DNA of 64,000 nucleotides from a virus. The notes beneath the pieces were generated by a model. It made no database searches. It worked only from the letters and a program-made list of their open reading frames with translations, and was not told the origin of the DNA. The number at the start of each line of letters is the position of its first letter. The first letter of the stretch is position 1. Below are positions 39,386 through 48,384 of the stretch, one piece after another. The position numbers and the translations under genes are program-made. The stretch is taken from positions 11,866 to 75,865 of IMG/VR virus record IMGVR_UViG_3300045970_000455, one strand, 5' to 3'.

Positions 39386-39616
39386 TTATCCAAAATATAA
39401 ACGAAATACAGTTGCGTCTTCGCCGGATTCGAATCCGAATTTATTACTACTTAACATTGTCCATTTGCCATGTATATTTTTCTTACACCACGGCACGACT
39501 CCTTTTTTTGATACCTCAGATGTCGATAGATTAACTTTTGTGAATGTCCAGCCTGTTGTAGGTATATCACTAAACATTAACTTGTTCATTGGAATGTACG
39601 TCTGTTTATCTTCCAT
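39386..39616 (-). CDS. Hypothetical, F-x4-DA-x2-F-x-L family
   Basis: WCKKNIHGKW, FGFESGEDATVFRLYFG. Confidence 0.7.
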   Translation of the reverse strand: MEDKQTYIPMNKLMFSDIPTTGWTFTKVNLSTSEVSKKGVVPWCKKNIHGKWTMLSSNKFGFESGEDATVFRLYFG

Positions 39617-39638
39617 TAATTCTCCCTATACTACACAT

Positions 39639-39667
39639 AGTATAACAGTAACTAAGTATTTTGTCAA
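39639..39667 (-). promoter_or_regulatory. Sigma70-type promoter
   Basis: TTGACA-17-TATACT. Confidence 0.85.
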
Positions 39668-39686
39668 ATGTGGCTATAAAGCAACA

Positions 39687-40412
39687 TTAAGGTTTGTAAC
39701 GTTGCCAGGGAGATGTTGATTGAGAGAGTCTATTTGCTATAATATGCATAGACATTGGATTATGTCCTAATCCTAAATGACTTGCTCCGGGTATTTCTAT
39801 ATTCTCTGAAATATCTGTTTCATCCTCTATAGAACATTCCCAGGATACAACACCATCTGATTTGCTATAGATTGAGGTAAATGGCACTTTAGGTCGTCTA
39901 GCAATACCTTCTATGATATTTGGATCGCAATGGCTTTTATCCTTACTAAGCATTTCATATAACTTTGTAGCATTTGTTGCATGACTATTTTTAAATGGTG
40001 TGCCTAGGGTTATTACCTGCCTCACAAGTTTAGGACATGCCTTAGATAACTCTCGCGCATATATTCCACCTAGGCTCCATCCTATCAAACTAACCTTGGT
40101 GTTATTATTGTTTTCAGATATTTCTCTTACTTTCTTTTCTATATCTGTTGTTAGTTTTTCTATACCTTTACGTGGTCCTAGATTTCTACCTAATCCCCAC
40201 GGATGAACATCATACCCAATACCTGTTAAAAAGTTACGCATAAACTGAGTCGATCCGTCAGATCCGCCTAGTCCGGGAAATATAATAACCGAATGGCCGT
40301 CCCCCTTAGGTGAAATAAACTGTAGCGGTAAACTAAGCAAGATGCCTTGACCGTACTCAACGGCGCATCTTGCTGCTTCCATTACTAAAAGCATCTTAGA
40401 CGGTGAATCCAT
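39687..40412 (-). CDS. Alpha/beta hydrolase (esterase/lipase)
   Basis: PGL oxyanion region, GWSLGG nucleophile, SDGVV, SHLGL. Confidence 0.92.
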   Translation of the reverse strand: MDSPSKMLLVMEAARCAVEYGQGILLSLPLQFISPKGDGHSVIIFPGLGGSDGSTQFMRNFLTGIGYDVHPWGLGRNLGPRKGIEKLTTDIEKKVREISENNNNTKVSLIGWSLGGIYARELSKACPKLVRQVITLGTPFKNSHATNATKLYEMLSKDKSHCDPNIIEGIARRPKVPFTSIYSKSDGVVSWECSIEDETDISENIEIPGASHLGLGHNPMSMHIIANRLSQSTSPWQRYKP

Positions 40413-40446
40413 GTGTTATCCTTTACTATAACACTATTTAGCATTA

Positions 40447-41037
40447 TCACCTCTTAGAAATAATATGGTCGATTAAACCTATGTCTAATGCTGTTTCTGG
40501 TCTGACAAAGTTATCTCTATCTGTAAGTTTTACCATTGTTTCGTAGTCTGTCTTACCATATGTATAATCAGCCAACATTTGATTTAACTTTTTCTTTAGA
40601 TACAGTGTTTCGTTTGTATGAATTTCGATATCAGATGCTTGTCCATGATAGCCGGCAAGCACCTGATGGATCATAACTGTAGAGTTTGGTAGGCAATATC
40701 TTTTTCCCTTTTCGCCCGCTGCCAATAATAGCGATCCCATGCTTGCTGCCATACCTGTTGCATATGTTGCAATGTTTGGTTTAACATAGTTAAAAATATC
40801 AATCATTGCCAATCCTGCATTTACAGATCCGCCGGGTGAGTTAATATACACATTAATATCTTGTTCTGCGTTTTCAGCTTCGAGAAACAATATTTGTGCA
40901 ATAACAAGCTCAGACATATGCTCCGTAACTTCTCCATTAATAAATATAAGTCGTTCCTTTAGCAACCTGCTAAAAATATCATACGACCTTTCTCCACGCG
41001 GAGTATTTTCGACTACCATCGGCACTAAATGAGACAT
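40447..41037 (-). CDS. clpP: Clp protease proteolytic subunit
   Basis: [38 protein letters not shown] triad. Confidence 0.97.
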   Translation of the reverse strand: MSHLVPMVVENTPRGERSYDIFSRLLKERLIFINGEVTEHMSELVIAQILFLEAENAEQDINVYINSPGGSVNAGLAMIDIFNYVKPNIATYATGMAASMGSLLLAAGEKGKRYCLPNSTVMIHQVLAGYHGQASDIEIHTNETLYLKKKLNQMLADYTYGKTDYETMVKLTDRDNFVRPETALDIGLIDHIISKR

Positions 41038-41083
41038 TTTATTTTCCTTTAAATGATAAATATTGTTTTATATTGAGATTATA

Positions 41084-41467
41084 ATGAAACTACGAGAAAT
41101 ACTTAATGAATCCCCAGAGGACACTGTCGCAAGATTTTATAAAGAGGCGTCTGCCGACTTCGACAAGTTTCATAACTTAGAAGATACCAAATATAAAGAC
41201 AAGAACAAAAAATATTACGATGACCATTTCAAACAATGGTTCGCCGAAGAAATAACCCCCGTATTCACTAAACCAGTAGATAAACAAACTGTATTATACA
41301 GTAATAAGCCAGAGGGAAGCAAGCTTCAATCGCCTGGATACCGAGGTCTTCAGTATGCATTGCACAATGCAGGACTACCATACAATAAAAATGTGCAGAA
41401 ATATCATTCAAACTCGTCAGCCATTATATCTGCAGAAAGAGATGGCGCCAGAAACGATAATAGCTAA
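41084..41467 (+). CDS. Probable head-associated late protein
   Basis: MKLREILNES; GATAAATA at 41055-41062. Confidence 0.6.
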   Translation: MKLREILNESPEDTVARFYKEASADFDKFHNLEDTKYKDKNKKYYDDHFKQWFAEEITPVFTKPVDKQTVLYSNKPEGSKLQSPGYRGLQYALHNAGLPYNKNVQKYHSNSSAIISAERDGARNDNS

Positions 41468-41479
41468 AAGGAAGTATAA

Positions 41480-44086
41480 ATGAAATCACGAGTATCCCCT
41501 GGCGCAACAGTAACAGACGGTGGAAATGTTTCTTATTCGGGGCCTGCTCGAATATTAAACACCGCGCAAATGACCGGCACTGGCGCACAATATCTATACG
41601 ATTTATTTGATGTAAATATTCCTACTCCGTTAGAAGGACAAGTGCTTACATATGACGGCACGACATTTAAATGGGTAAGCGCAGACATTCCTTACGTATC
41701 TATTTTTGCTACAGATATTGTAGTAAATGGTGTCACAGTAGGGCGCGGTGAAAATCTACCATTCTCTTTTTATACATATGGGCAGCCCGGTGTAGAATAC
41801 ACCATAGTAACGCCGGACACTTCTGCAATCCCAACACAATTCACTGATGCGGGTGCATCATCAAATACAGAAGGAGTAACCTTTACTGCTACAATAGTAC
41901 CTAACGGTAATGGAACAGTTATATTTGCTAATACAAAAAATGTAGCGTTGGGTGAGGGTGCGTTGGCAGGCAATGCGGGTGGTAGATTTAATGTTGCTAT
42001 AGGCAATGGTGCAGGATCAGCTATAACACACGGTTCAAGCAATGTTATCATAGGTGGTAATGATGGGTCTTCACTTGTTATAGACAGTATAACATCTCTC
42101 GATAATCATATAATATTATCAGACGGTGACGGTAATATTAGAGCAGAGGTTGATAACACCGGTATATTTAATATACACGGGGAACTAAGAGTAAATGGTG
42201 CAACTGTGGGCGGACTTGGTTCGAGTGGCTATAGTGGTAAGTCAGGATTCAGTGGATGGTCAGGTGTAAGCGGATTCAGTGGATGGTCAGGTGTAAGCGG
42301 ATTCAGTGGAGCAAGTGGCTATAGTGGTTGGTCTGGTACAAACGGCACAATAGGTATAGATGGTGTAAGTGGATACAGCGGCTTCAGTGGTGCTGCACCT
42401 GTCGATGTTCCGTACACAGCAACCGGTATTTCTATGACGGGCGGTACGCTCAACTCTGGAACACTGGCGTCAATACAAACATTCAATGACGGTAGTGTAT
42501 ATGATGTGCAGGAAGGCGACTTAATCCCCGGGTATGATATCCGCATTACATTCACCGGTGTGGTTGATTTTAACAAAGCCATAGTAAATATGTTCTATGA
42601 TGGCACAGCAGGTCATGTTGTGAATATAGAACTTTATAATAATACTTTCAGTCAATGGGACACAATATACACACTGACAGGAATAGAAACAGGATTTAAT
42701 CAGTTCGATTTAGGTGTTGTATCATCTGTTCCGTATATATCGGGCGGAACAGTTATATTAAGGATATATCATGTATCGGACGGAAATATTCTACATAATA
42801 TTAAAGTTGATTATGTTGCTATATCTCGTGCATTACAAGGATCGCAAGGTATACAAGGTATAAGCGGTTATAGCGGTGTAAGTGGTTATAGCGGTGTAAG
42901 TGGTGCAGCAGGTGCTACAGGCGTTGGCACATTAGATGCGTATGGTAATCTTGCTATCGGCCCTGGGGCATTGGCAAGTGGTACATCCAGTAGTCAAGAT
43001 AATATTGCAATCGGTGTATGTGCATTAAATAAAGATACAGGTGGCGCAAATAACATCGCAATGGGCCGCAAGGCGCTATTTTGTAACCTCGGCGGTGTAT
43101 CTAATATAGCGATGGGTGTTGCTGCATTATGCAACAATACACTCGGTTCTAATAACTTAGCCCAGGGCATTAATACACTCCGTAACAACACAACCGGTTG
43201 CAACAACGTTGCGATAGGACTTGGCGCACTATATGGCAATACAGTCGGGTGTAATAACTTAGCAACAGGTAATCATGCACTATACGGCAATACGGCTGGT
43301 AATAATAACTCGGCCCAGGGATACTATTCACTCTTCTGTAACACTACTGGCAGCAATAACATTGCACAAGGATATAAAGCAATATATACCAACACAAGCG
43401 GTAGCAATAATATTGCTATAGGATGTTTAGCATTATGCAGCAACACAGTAGGTGATGGAAATATAGCAATTGGTAAAGGTGCTGGTTTATCTTTAGTATC
43501 GGGTGGAAATAATACAGTTATCGGTTCTTTACCAGGCAGTGCAGATTGCAGTAATACAGTGCTTATCGGTGCAGGTACCTGTGAGCGGCTCCGCGTTGAT
43601 AACAGTGGATTATATGTAAATAACACGTTATTTAACTCTGCCGGCGGCACAGGTGTTACAACACTAACCGGATCAACCAGTAACTTAGCACTAATAGTTA
43701 CCAATATAGCAGAACCGGTGACTGTTTCTGCAACAGCAGCGACAGGTACAATAGCGTATGATGTTACAACTCAATCAGTATTGTATTATACATCATCGGC
43801 AGCGGCAAACTGGACAGTCAACTTTAGAGCAAGTGCAGGAACAGCATTAAATACAGTAATGTCGATTGGACAGGCCATAACCGTTGTGTTTTCTGTAACA
43901 CAAGGTGCAACAGCATATTATAATAATGGATGGCAGGTAGACGGGTCAGCAGTGGTACCAAAATGGCAGGGAGGAGCAGCGCCGAGTTCAGGTAATGTAA
44001 GTTCGATTGATGTATATAGTTACACGATTATCAAAACCGCTAATGCTACATTTACTGTATTGGCAAGTCAGACAAAGTTCGCATAA
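41480..44086 (+). CDS. Tail fibre/adhesin: G-X-S stalks, YadA-head-like 14-aa repeats, C-terminal adaptor domain
   Basis: SG(F/W/Y)SG repeats, NxAxGxxALxxN repeats, terminal IDVYSYTIIKTA..TFTVLASQTKFA. Confidence 0.85.
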   Translation: MKSRVSPGATVTDGGNVSYSGPARILNTAQMTGTGAQYLYDLFDVNIPTPLEGQVLTYDGTTFKWVSADIPYVSIFATDIVVNGVTVGRGENLPFSFYTYGQPGVEYTIVTPDTSAIPTQFTDAGASSNTEGVTFTATIVPNGNGTVIFANTKNVALGEGALAGNAGGRFNVAIGNGAGSAITHGSSNVIIGGNDGSSLVIDSITSLDNHIILSDGDGNIRAEVDNTGIFNIHGELRVNGATVGGLGSSGYSGKSGFSGWSGVSGFSGWSGVSGFSGASGYSGWSGTNGTIGIDGVSGYSGFSGAAPVDVPYTATGISMTGGTLNSGTLASIQTFNDGSVYDVQEGDLIPGYDIRITFTGVVDFNKAIVNMFYDGTAGHVVNIELYNNTFSQWDTIYTLTGIETGFNQFDLGVVSSVPYISGGTVILRIYHVSDGNILHNIKVDYVAISRALQGSQGIQGISGYSGVSGYSGVSGAAGATGVGTLDAYGNLAIGPGALASGTSSSQDNIAIGVCALNKDTGGANNIAMGRKALFCNLGGVSNIAMGVAALCNNTLGSNNLAQGINTLRNNTTGCNNVAIGLGALYGNTVGCNNLATGNHALYGNTAGNNNSAQGYYSLFCNTTGSNNIAQGYKAIYTNTSGSNNIAIGCLALCSNTVGDGNIAIGKGAGLSLVSGGNNTVIGSLPGSADCSNTVLIGAGTCERLRVDNSGLYVNNTLFNSAGGTGVTTLTGSTSNLALIVTNIAEPVTVSATAATGTIAYDVTTQSVLYYTSSAAANWTVNFRASAGTALNTVMSIGQAITVVFSVTQGATAYYNNGWQVDGSAVVPKWQGGAAPSSGNVSSIDVYSYTIIKTANATFTVLASQTKFA
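42225..42390 (+). repeat. Coding tandem repeat with two exact 27-nt copies
   Basis: GGATTCAGTGGATGGTCAGGTGTAAGC at 42245-42271 and 42272-42298. Confidence 0.9.
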
Positions 44087-47000
44087 TGCCAAGTATTGTT
44101 CTATTTGGGGCGGCTGCTGCAAGAGCGTGGGGTAATATAGTAATAGCTCAAGCTGCTGTAGATTCTGATCCATACTTTTCTTCTGTCTCTTTATTGTTAC
44201 ATGCAGATGGCACAAATATGTCAACCGCATTTGCTGATAGCAGTGTTTATGCAAACACGATTACATCCGTAAATGATGCCTTTATAACAACTACAGGCAC
44301 TAAATTCGGCGCTGGCGCAGCGTCTATAAATAATGGCCAATACCTCACGGTACCTGATAGTAGTTTGTTTGATTTAGGCGGAACAGATTTCACAATAGAA
44401 TTTTGGGCATACCATTCTGCCATTGTAACACAACAACAGTTAATAACAAAAAGAGCAAGTAGTTCAGTATTTGGCCCATTCTCAATATTCAATGATCTTT
44501 CTGGAAAGCCGGGGCTATTAGTAAGCACCGATGGTACAACATGGGGAGTGTCTATTATTGCTGCTGCTGCTATTACTATAAATACCTGGCATCATTGGGC
44601 GGCCACGAGAACTGGAAATATTTACAGATTGTTTGTTGATGGGTCGCAGGTAGGAACAGCCACGGTGGCAGGATCATTATTTGTGAATACATCACCGGTG
44701 GCGATAGGATGTAACATAGGCGGATTATTACCATTTGTCGGAAAACTCGATGATATAAGAATAACCAAAGGTATTTCTCGATATACGGCAAACTTTTCTG
44801 TGCCAACTGCTGCATTTCCAAATACTTTACCTGCTGACCCATATTACTCTTCTGTTGCATTATGGTTAAGAGCAAACGGTACCAACGCATCGACTACATT
44901 TATAGATAGTAGTCCTGCGCCGAAAACTATAACAGCATATGGCTCGTCACAAATAAGCACAGCAAGATATGTGACTGGAACATCATCATTATATTTAAAT
45001 GGTACAGCAGATCCAGTGATATTATTAATGCATATGGATACAACGACATTATCTGACGAGAAAGGATTGACTGTAACTATCGGTGGTTCTGCTGCCAGAA
45101 GTGCAACCCAAAGTAAATTCGGCAGCTATTCTGCATATATACCGGGTTCGGGTAGTTATTTGGCGCTACCTCTTGGTGGCAGGTGGTCTACAGGTACAGG
45201 AAACTTTACAATAGATTTTTGGATATATCCTACTGTGATAGGTGGTGGTACAATAAAGAGATATTTTTCTATGGAACAAGCCACAGAATCTATTGTTATA
45301 CGGGAAGAATCAAATGTAATAAAGGCATATTTTAGATTTGGATCGGCGACGGTAGTCAGCTTAGTCGGATCAGCGGCACCAACATTAAACACATGGCAGC
45401 ATATAGCATTAGTAAGAAACGGAAGCACGTTTACATTATATAAAAACGGTACAAGTATCGGAACATTAACAAATGCAGGGGCTATAAATGCATCTGCAAC
45501 GATACCTACCATAGGATCGGCTGCTGAATATTTTACCGGTTACATAGATGAATTTAGATTTACTAAAACCGCTGAATGGACAACAACATTTACTCCACCG
45601 GTGGCGGCATATACAACAACAGATACATCAACATATTTACAAGCAGCAGCAGACACTGCATTTAATCTTACAAGCGATTTTACGATAGAATCATGGGTTA
45701 ACTTCACTGTATTACCGACAAGTGGAATATATGTGGGAGTGATTACAAAAAACTGGGATCAGCCTGACTTAAATAATAACTTCTTCTTTGGTATAGTAAA
45801 TACAGCAGGCGTATATTATGTTCAACTGTACTATGGAACAATAAATGGTCAAACAACTACTGTGGCACAGCAAGCATTTCACACATTACCATTAAATAGT
45901 TGGGTGCATATAGCAGCAGTTAAATACAATGGAATAATAACAATATACGCAAATGGTGCTGGCGGCACGCAACTAAGTGCTCCTGCATTCTTCGAAACTA
46001 CGGCACCGATCAATATAGGTGTAGCGAACCCTACTAGTTCTTCCGGTTATACTTGGTTAATGCAAGGAGCATATTTAGATGATATGAAAATAACTGCTGC
46101 GGCAAGATACACATCAGACTTCAATATGTATAATACAGTTGCACTACCATATGATCCATACTTTAATAATGTTACGCTGATGTTACACGGCGAAGGTGTG
46201 TTAAATGGTACTGTGTTTCTCGACTCGAGTCCTACCATAAAAACAGTTACACCTACTGGCACTACCCTGACAACAACTGCACAATATAAATATGGTAGTT
46301 CATCTATACAATTTAATGGTGGAAATTCATACCAATCTATAGCAAACAACGCAGGATTTACGTTTGGTAGCGGCGATTTTACAGTAGAGTTATTTATTAG
46401 GGTGAGTGCTTCTACTGGATCACCCCAACAGATATTAGGTGTATGGCATAACAGTTTAGGATGGGCGTGGCAGATTAATGTAGATACCAACCGCTATGTA
46501 CTTTTTACTTGTAATACAAACATTTCTGCGGCATCGGCGGCACCTATATCTTACGGGGTGTGGTATCATATAGCAGCAGTAAGATCAAGCGGAAGTATAA
46601 TGTTATTTATTGATGGTGTGCTGCAATCGACTACTGCATTCACAGCAAGTGTTACCGCATCTACCTCACCGTTGGTAATCGGTTCTGTTTCTGGACCCAT
46701 CACCTGGTTTTATGCTGGATGGATGGATGAGATAAGAATAACAAAAGGTGTAGCAAGATATACATCGTCGTTTGTACCGCCTACAGGTGCATTTATTGAT
46801 GCAGGACCGCCCGATACAGTAGATCCATACTTTTCTTCTGTGTCTCTATTATTGCATGCCGATGGTTCGGAAGGTTCTTCCACATTCACTGATTCAAGTG
46901 CTATACCGAAAGTGGTAACACAGCGCCCGTCAGCATTAGGATTAGGAACAGGCGTATCAGTATCGGGCGTGGCTGCTCGTGATATGATTTTTGCAAACGG

Positions 47001-48384
47001 TAAATTCGTTGCTGTACGATCGGGTGGAGCATATGTATCTACTAATGGAACAACATGGATAGGTTATACGATAGGACAGTTTGGTGCAAATGAAGCATAC
47101 GGTCTAGCATATGGTGCAGGAGTGTATGTAACAGTGAGTGGTGGTTCGGCGCAGGCAGCTACATCACCCGATGGTGCCGTGTGGACGGCAAGAACATTGC
47201 CCGTTAGCGGCGGCTGGCAGAAAGTAGTATACGGAAACGGAACCTTTCTTGCAATAACAACGTACCAAGGAGCAACTTCGACGGATGGTATAACATGGGT
47301 ACAACATAATATACCTGCTGCTGGCACCATAGGTTTAGAGTTTGGTAACGGTATTTTTGTGCTTGCGCCAGGATATGGTCGAACTGTTTATACATCACTT
47401 GATGGAATAAACTGGACAACTCGCACCAATGTATTAAGTGCAGAATTTGGCAATACAACACAATATATTATGAGAATAGTATACGGTGGTGGCAAATTTG
47501 TATTGGCAACAAGAGGAATGACTGGTACAATAAGTTACACAGCATCTTCTGCCGACGGCATAACATGGGTAACATCCACTATGCCATATTGGTTATATTG
47601 GGATAGTTTAACATACGCTGGTGAGTTTTGGATTGCTGCTACATATTCTAGTACAGTAACAGCCATTTCTTATGATGGTACAACCTGGCACCCTGGCCCG
47701 GCGCTGCACAGTGTCGGCGGTGCTTGGTATTGTGGCGCATACGGTAACGGCGTTGCGGTTATCGGTAATCTAAATGTTTCATACTACGAAGTATTTCCTG
47801 TACAAGCAACACGATCTACCATTAGCAATTCTACAGGTAGATTTAATAGAACCTCTATAGCTGTAAAAGGATTTAATGATGGTCTTACTGTCAGCCCATA
47901 CACATCATTTGACTTTGGTTCGAGCAACTTTACGATAGAACTATTTGCAAAACTTAATACAATACGCTCAACAGGCCAGTGGGTGCCGCTTATACACAAA
48001 TCGTGGAATGATGTAACACGCGGATATGCATGGTGGTTAGGTGTCTCGGCCAGTGGTGCTTCTTTTTACTATACATCATCGGGCGAAATAGCAACAATGG
48101 CAAATGCATATACTGCTTCTTCTATACTAGCAAATGTGTGGATACATTATGCTGTAGTAAGAAATGGAAATTCTATCACTATTTATGTTAACGGTGTTGG
48201 TGGCACACCTACAACATTTGCAGGATCTATCTATGCTAACTCATCGGATCTTATGATTGGAATGGATCCTAACTCGAGTACTAATGATTTGCCAAATGCA
48301 TACCTGGACGAAATAAGAATCACTAATGCAGCAAGATACACCGCAAACTTTAACCCACCGACTGCACCGGGACCTAATGCATAA
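44086..48384 (+). CDS. Multi-LamG (ConA-like) receptor-binding protein with Asp-box beta-propeller
   Basis: Five FT(I/V)(E/D)x-type LamG units with D(E/D)xRITK-like ends; (T/A)SxDGxxW repeats. Confidence 0.88.
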   Translation: MPSIVLFGAAAARAWGNIVIAQAAVDSDPYFSSVSLLLHADGTNMSTAFADSSVYANTITSVNDAFITTTGTKFGAGAASINNGQYLTVPDSSLFDLGGTDFTIEFWAYHSAIVTQQQLITKRASSSVFGPFSIFNDLSGKPGLLVSTDGTTWGVSIIAAAAITINTWHHWAATRTGNIYRLFVDGSQVGTATVAGSLFVNTSPVAIGCNIGGLLPFVGKLDDIRITKGISRYTANFSVPTAAFPNTLPADPYYSSVALWLRANGTNASTTFIDSSPAPKTITAYGSSQISTARYVTGTSSLYLNGTADPVILLMHMDTTTLSDEKGLTVTIGGSAARSATQSKFGSYSAYIPGSGSYLALPLGGRWSTGTGNFTIDFWIYPTVIGGGTIKRYFSMEQATESIVIREESNVIKAYFRFGSATVVSLVGSAAPTLNTWQHIALVRNGSTFTLYKNGTSIGTLTNAGAINASATIPTIGSAAEYFTGYIDEFRFTKTAEWTTTFTPPVAAYTTTDTSTYLQAAADTAFNLTSDFTIESWVNFTVLPTSGIYVGVITKNWDQPDLNNNFFFGIVNTAGVYYVQLYYGTINGQTTTVAQQAFHTLPLNSWVHIAAVKYNGIITIYANGAGGTQLSAPAFFETTAPINIGVANPTSSSGYTWLMQGAYLDDMKITAAARYTSDFNMYNTVALPYDPYFNNVTLMLHGEGVLNGTVFLDSSPTIKTVTPTGTTLTTTAQYKYGSSSIQFNGGNSYQSIANNAGFTFGSGDFTVELFIRVSASTGSPQQILGVWHNSLGWAWQINVDTNRYVLFTCNTNISAASAAPISYGVWYHIAAVRSSGSIMLFIDGVLQSTTAFTASVTASTSPLVIGSVSGPITWFYAGWMDEIRITKGVARYTSSFVPPTGAFIDAGPPDTVDPYFSSVSLLLHADGSEGSSTFTDSSAIPKVVTQRPSALGLGTGVSVSGVAARDMIFANGKFVAVRSGGAYVSTNGTTWIGYTIGQFGANEAYGLAYGAGVYVTVSGGSAQAATSPDGAVWTARTLPVSGGWQKVVYGNGTFLAITTYQGATSTDGITWVQHNIPAAGTIGLEFGNGIFVLAPGYGRTVYTSLDGINWTTRTNVLSAEFGNTTQYIMRIVYGGGKFVLATRGMTGTISYTASSADGITWVTSTMPYWLYWDSLTYAGEFWIAATYSSTVTAISYDGTTWHPGPALHSVGGAWYCGAYGNGVAVIGNLNVSYYEVFPVQATRSTISNSTGRFNRTSIAVKGFNDGLTVSPYTSFDFGSSNFTIELFAKLNTIRSTGQWVPLIHKSWNDVTRGYAWWLGVSASGASFYYTSSGEIATMANAYTASSILANVWIHYAVVRNGNSITIYVNGVGGTPTTFAGSIYANSSDLMIGMDPNSSTNDLPNAYLDEIRITNAARYTANFNPPTAPGPNA

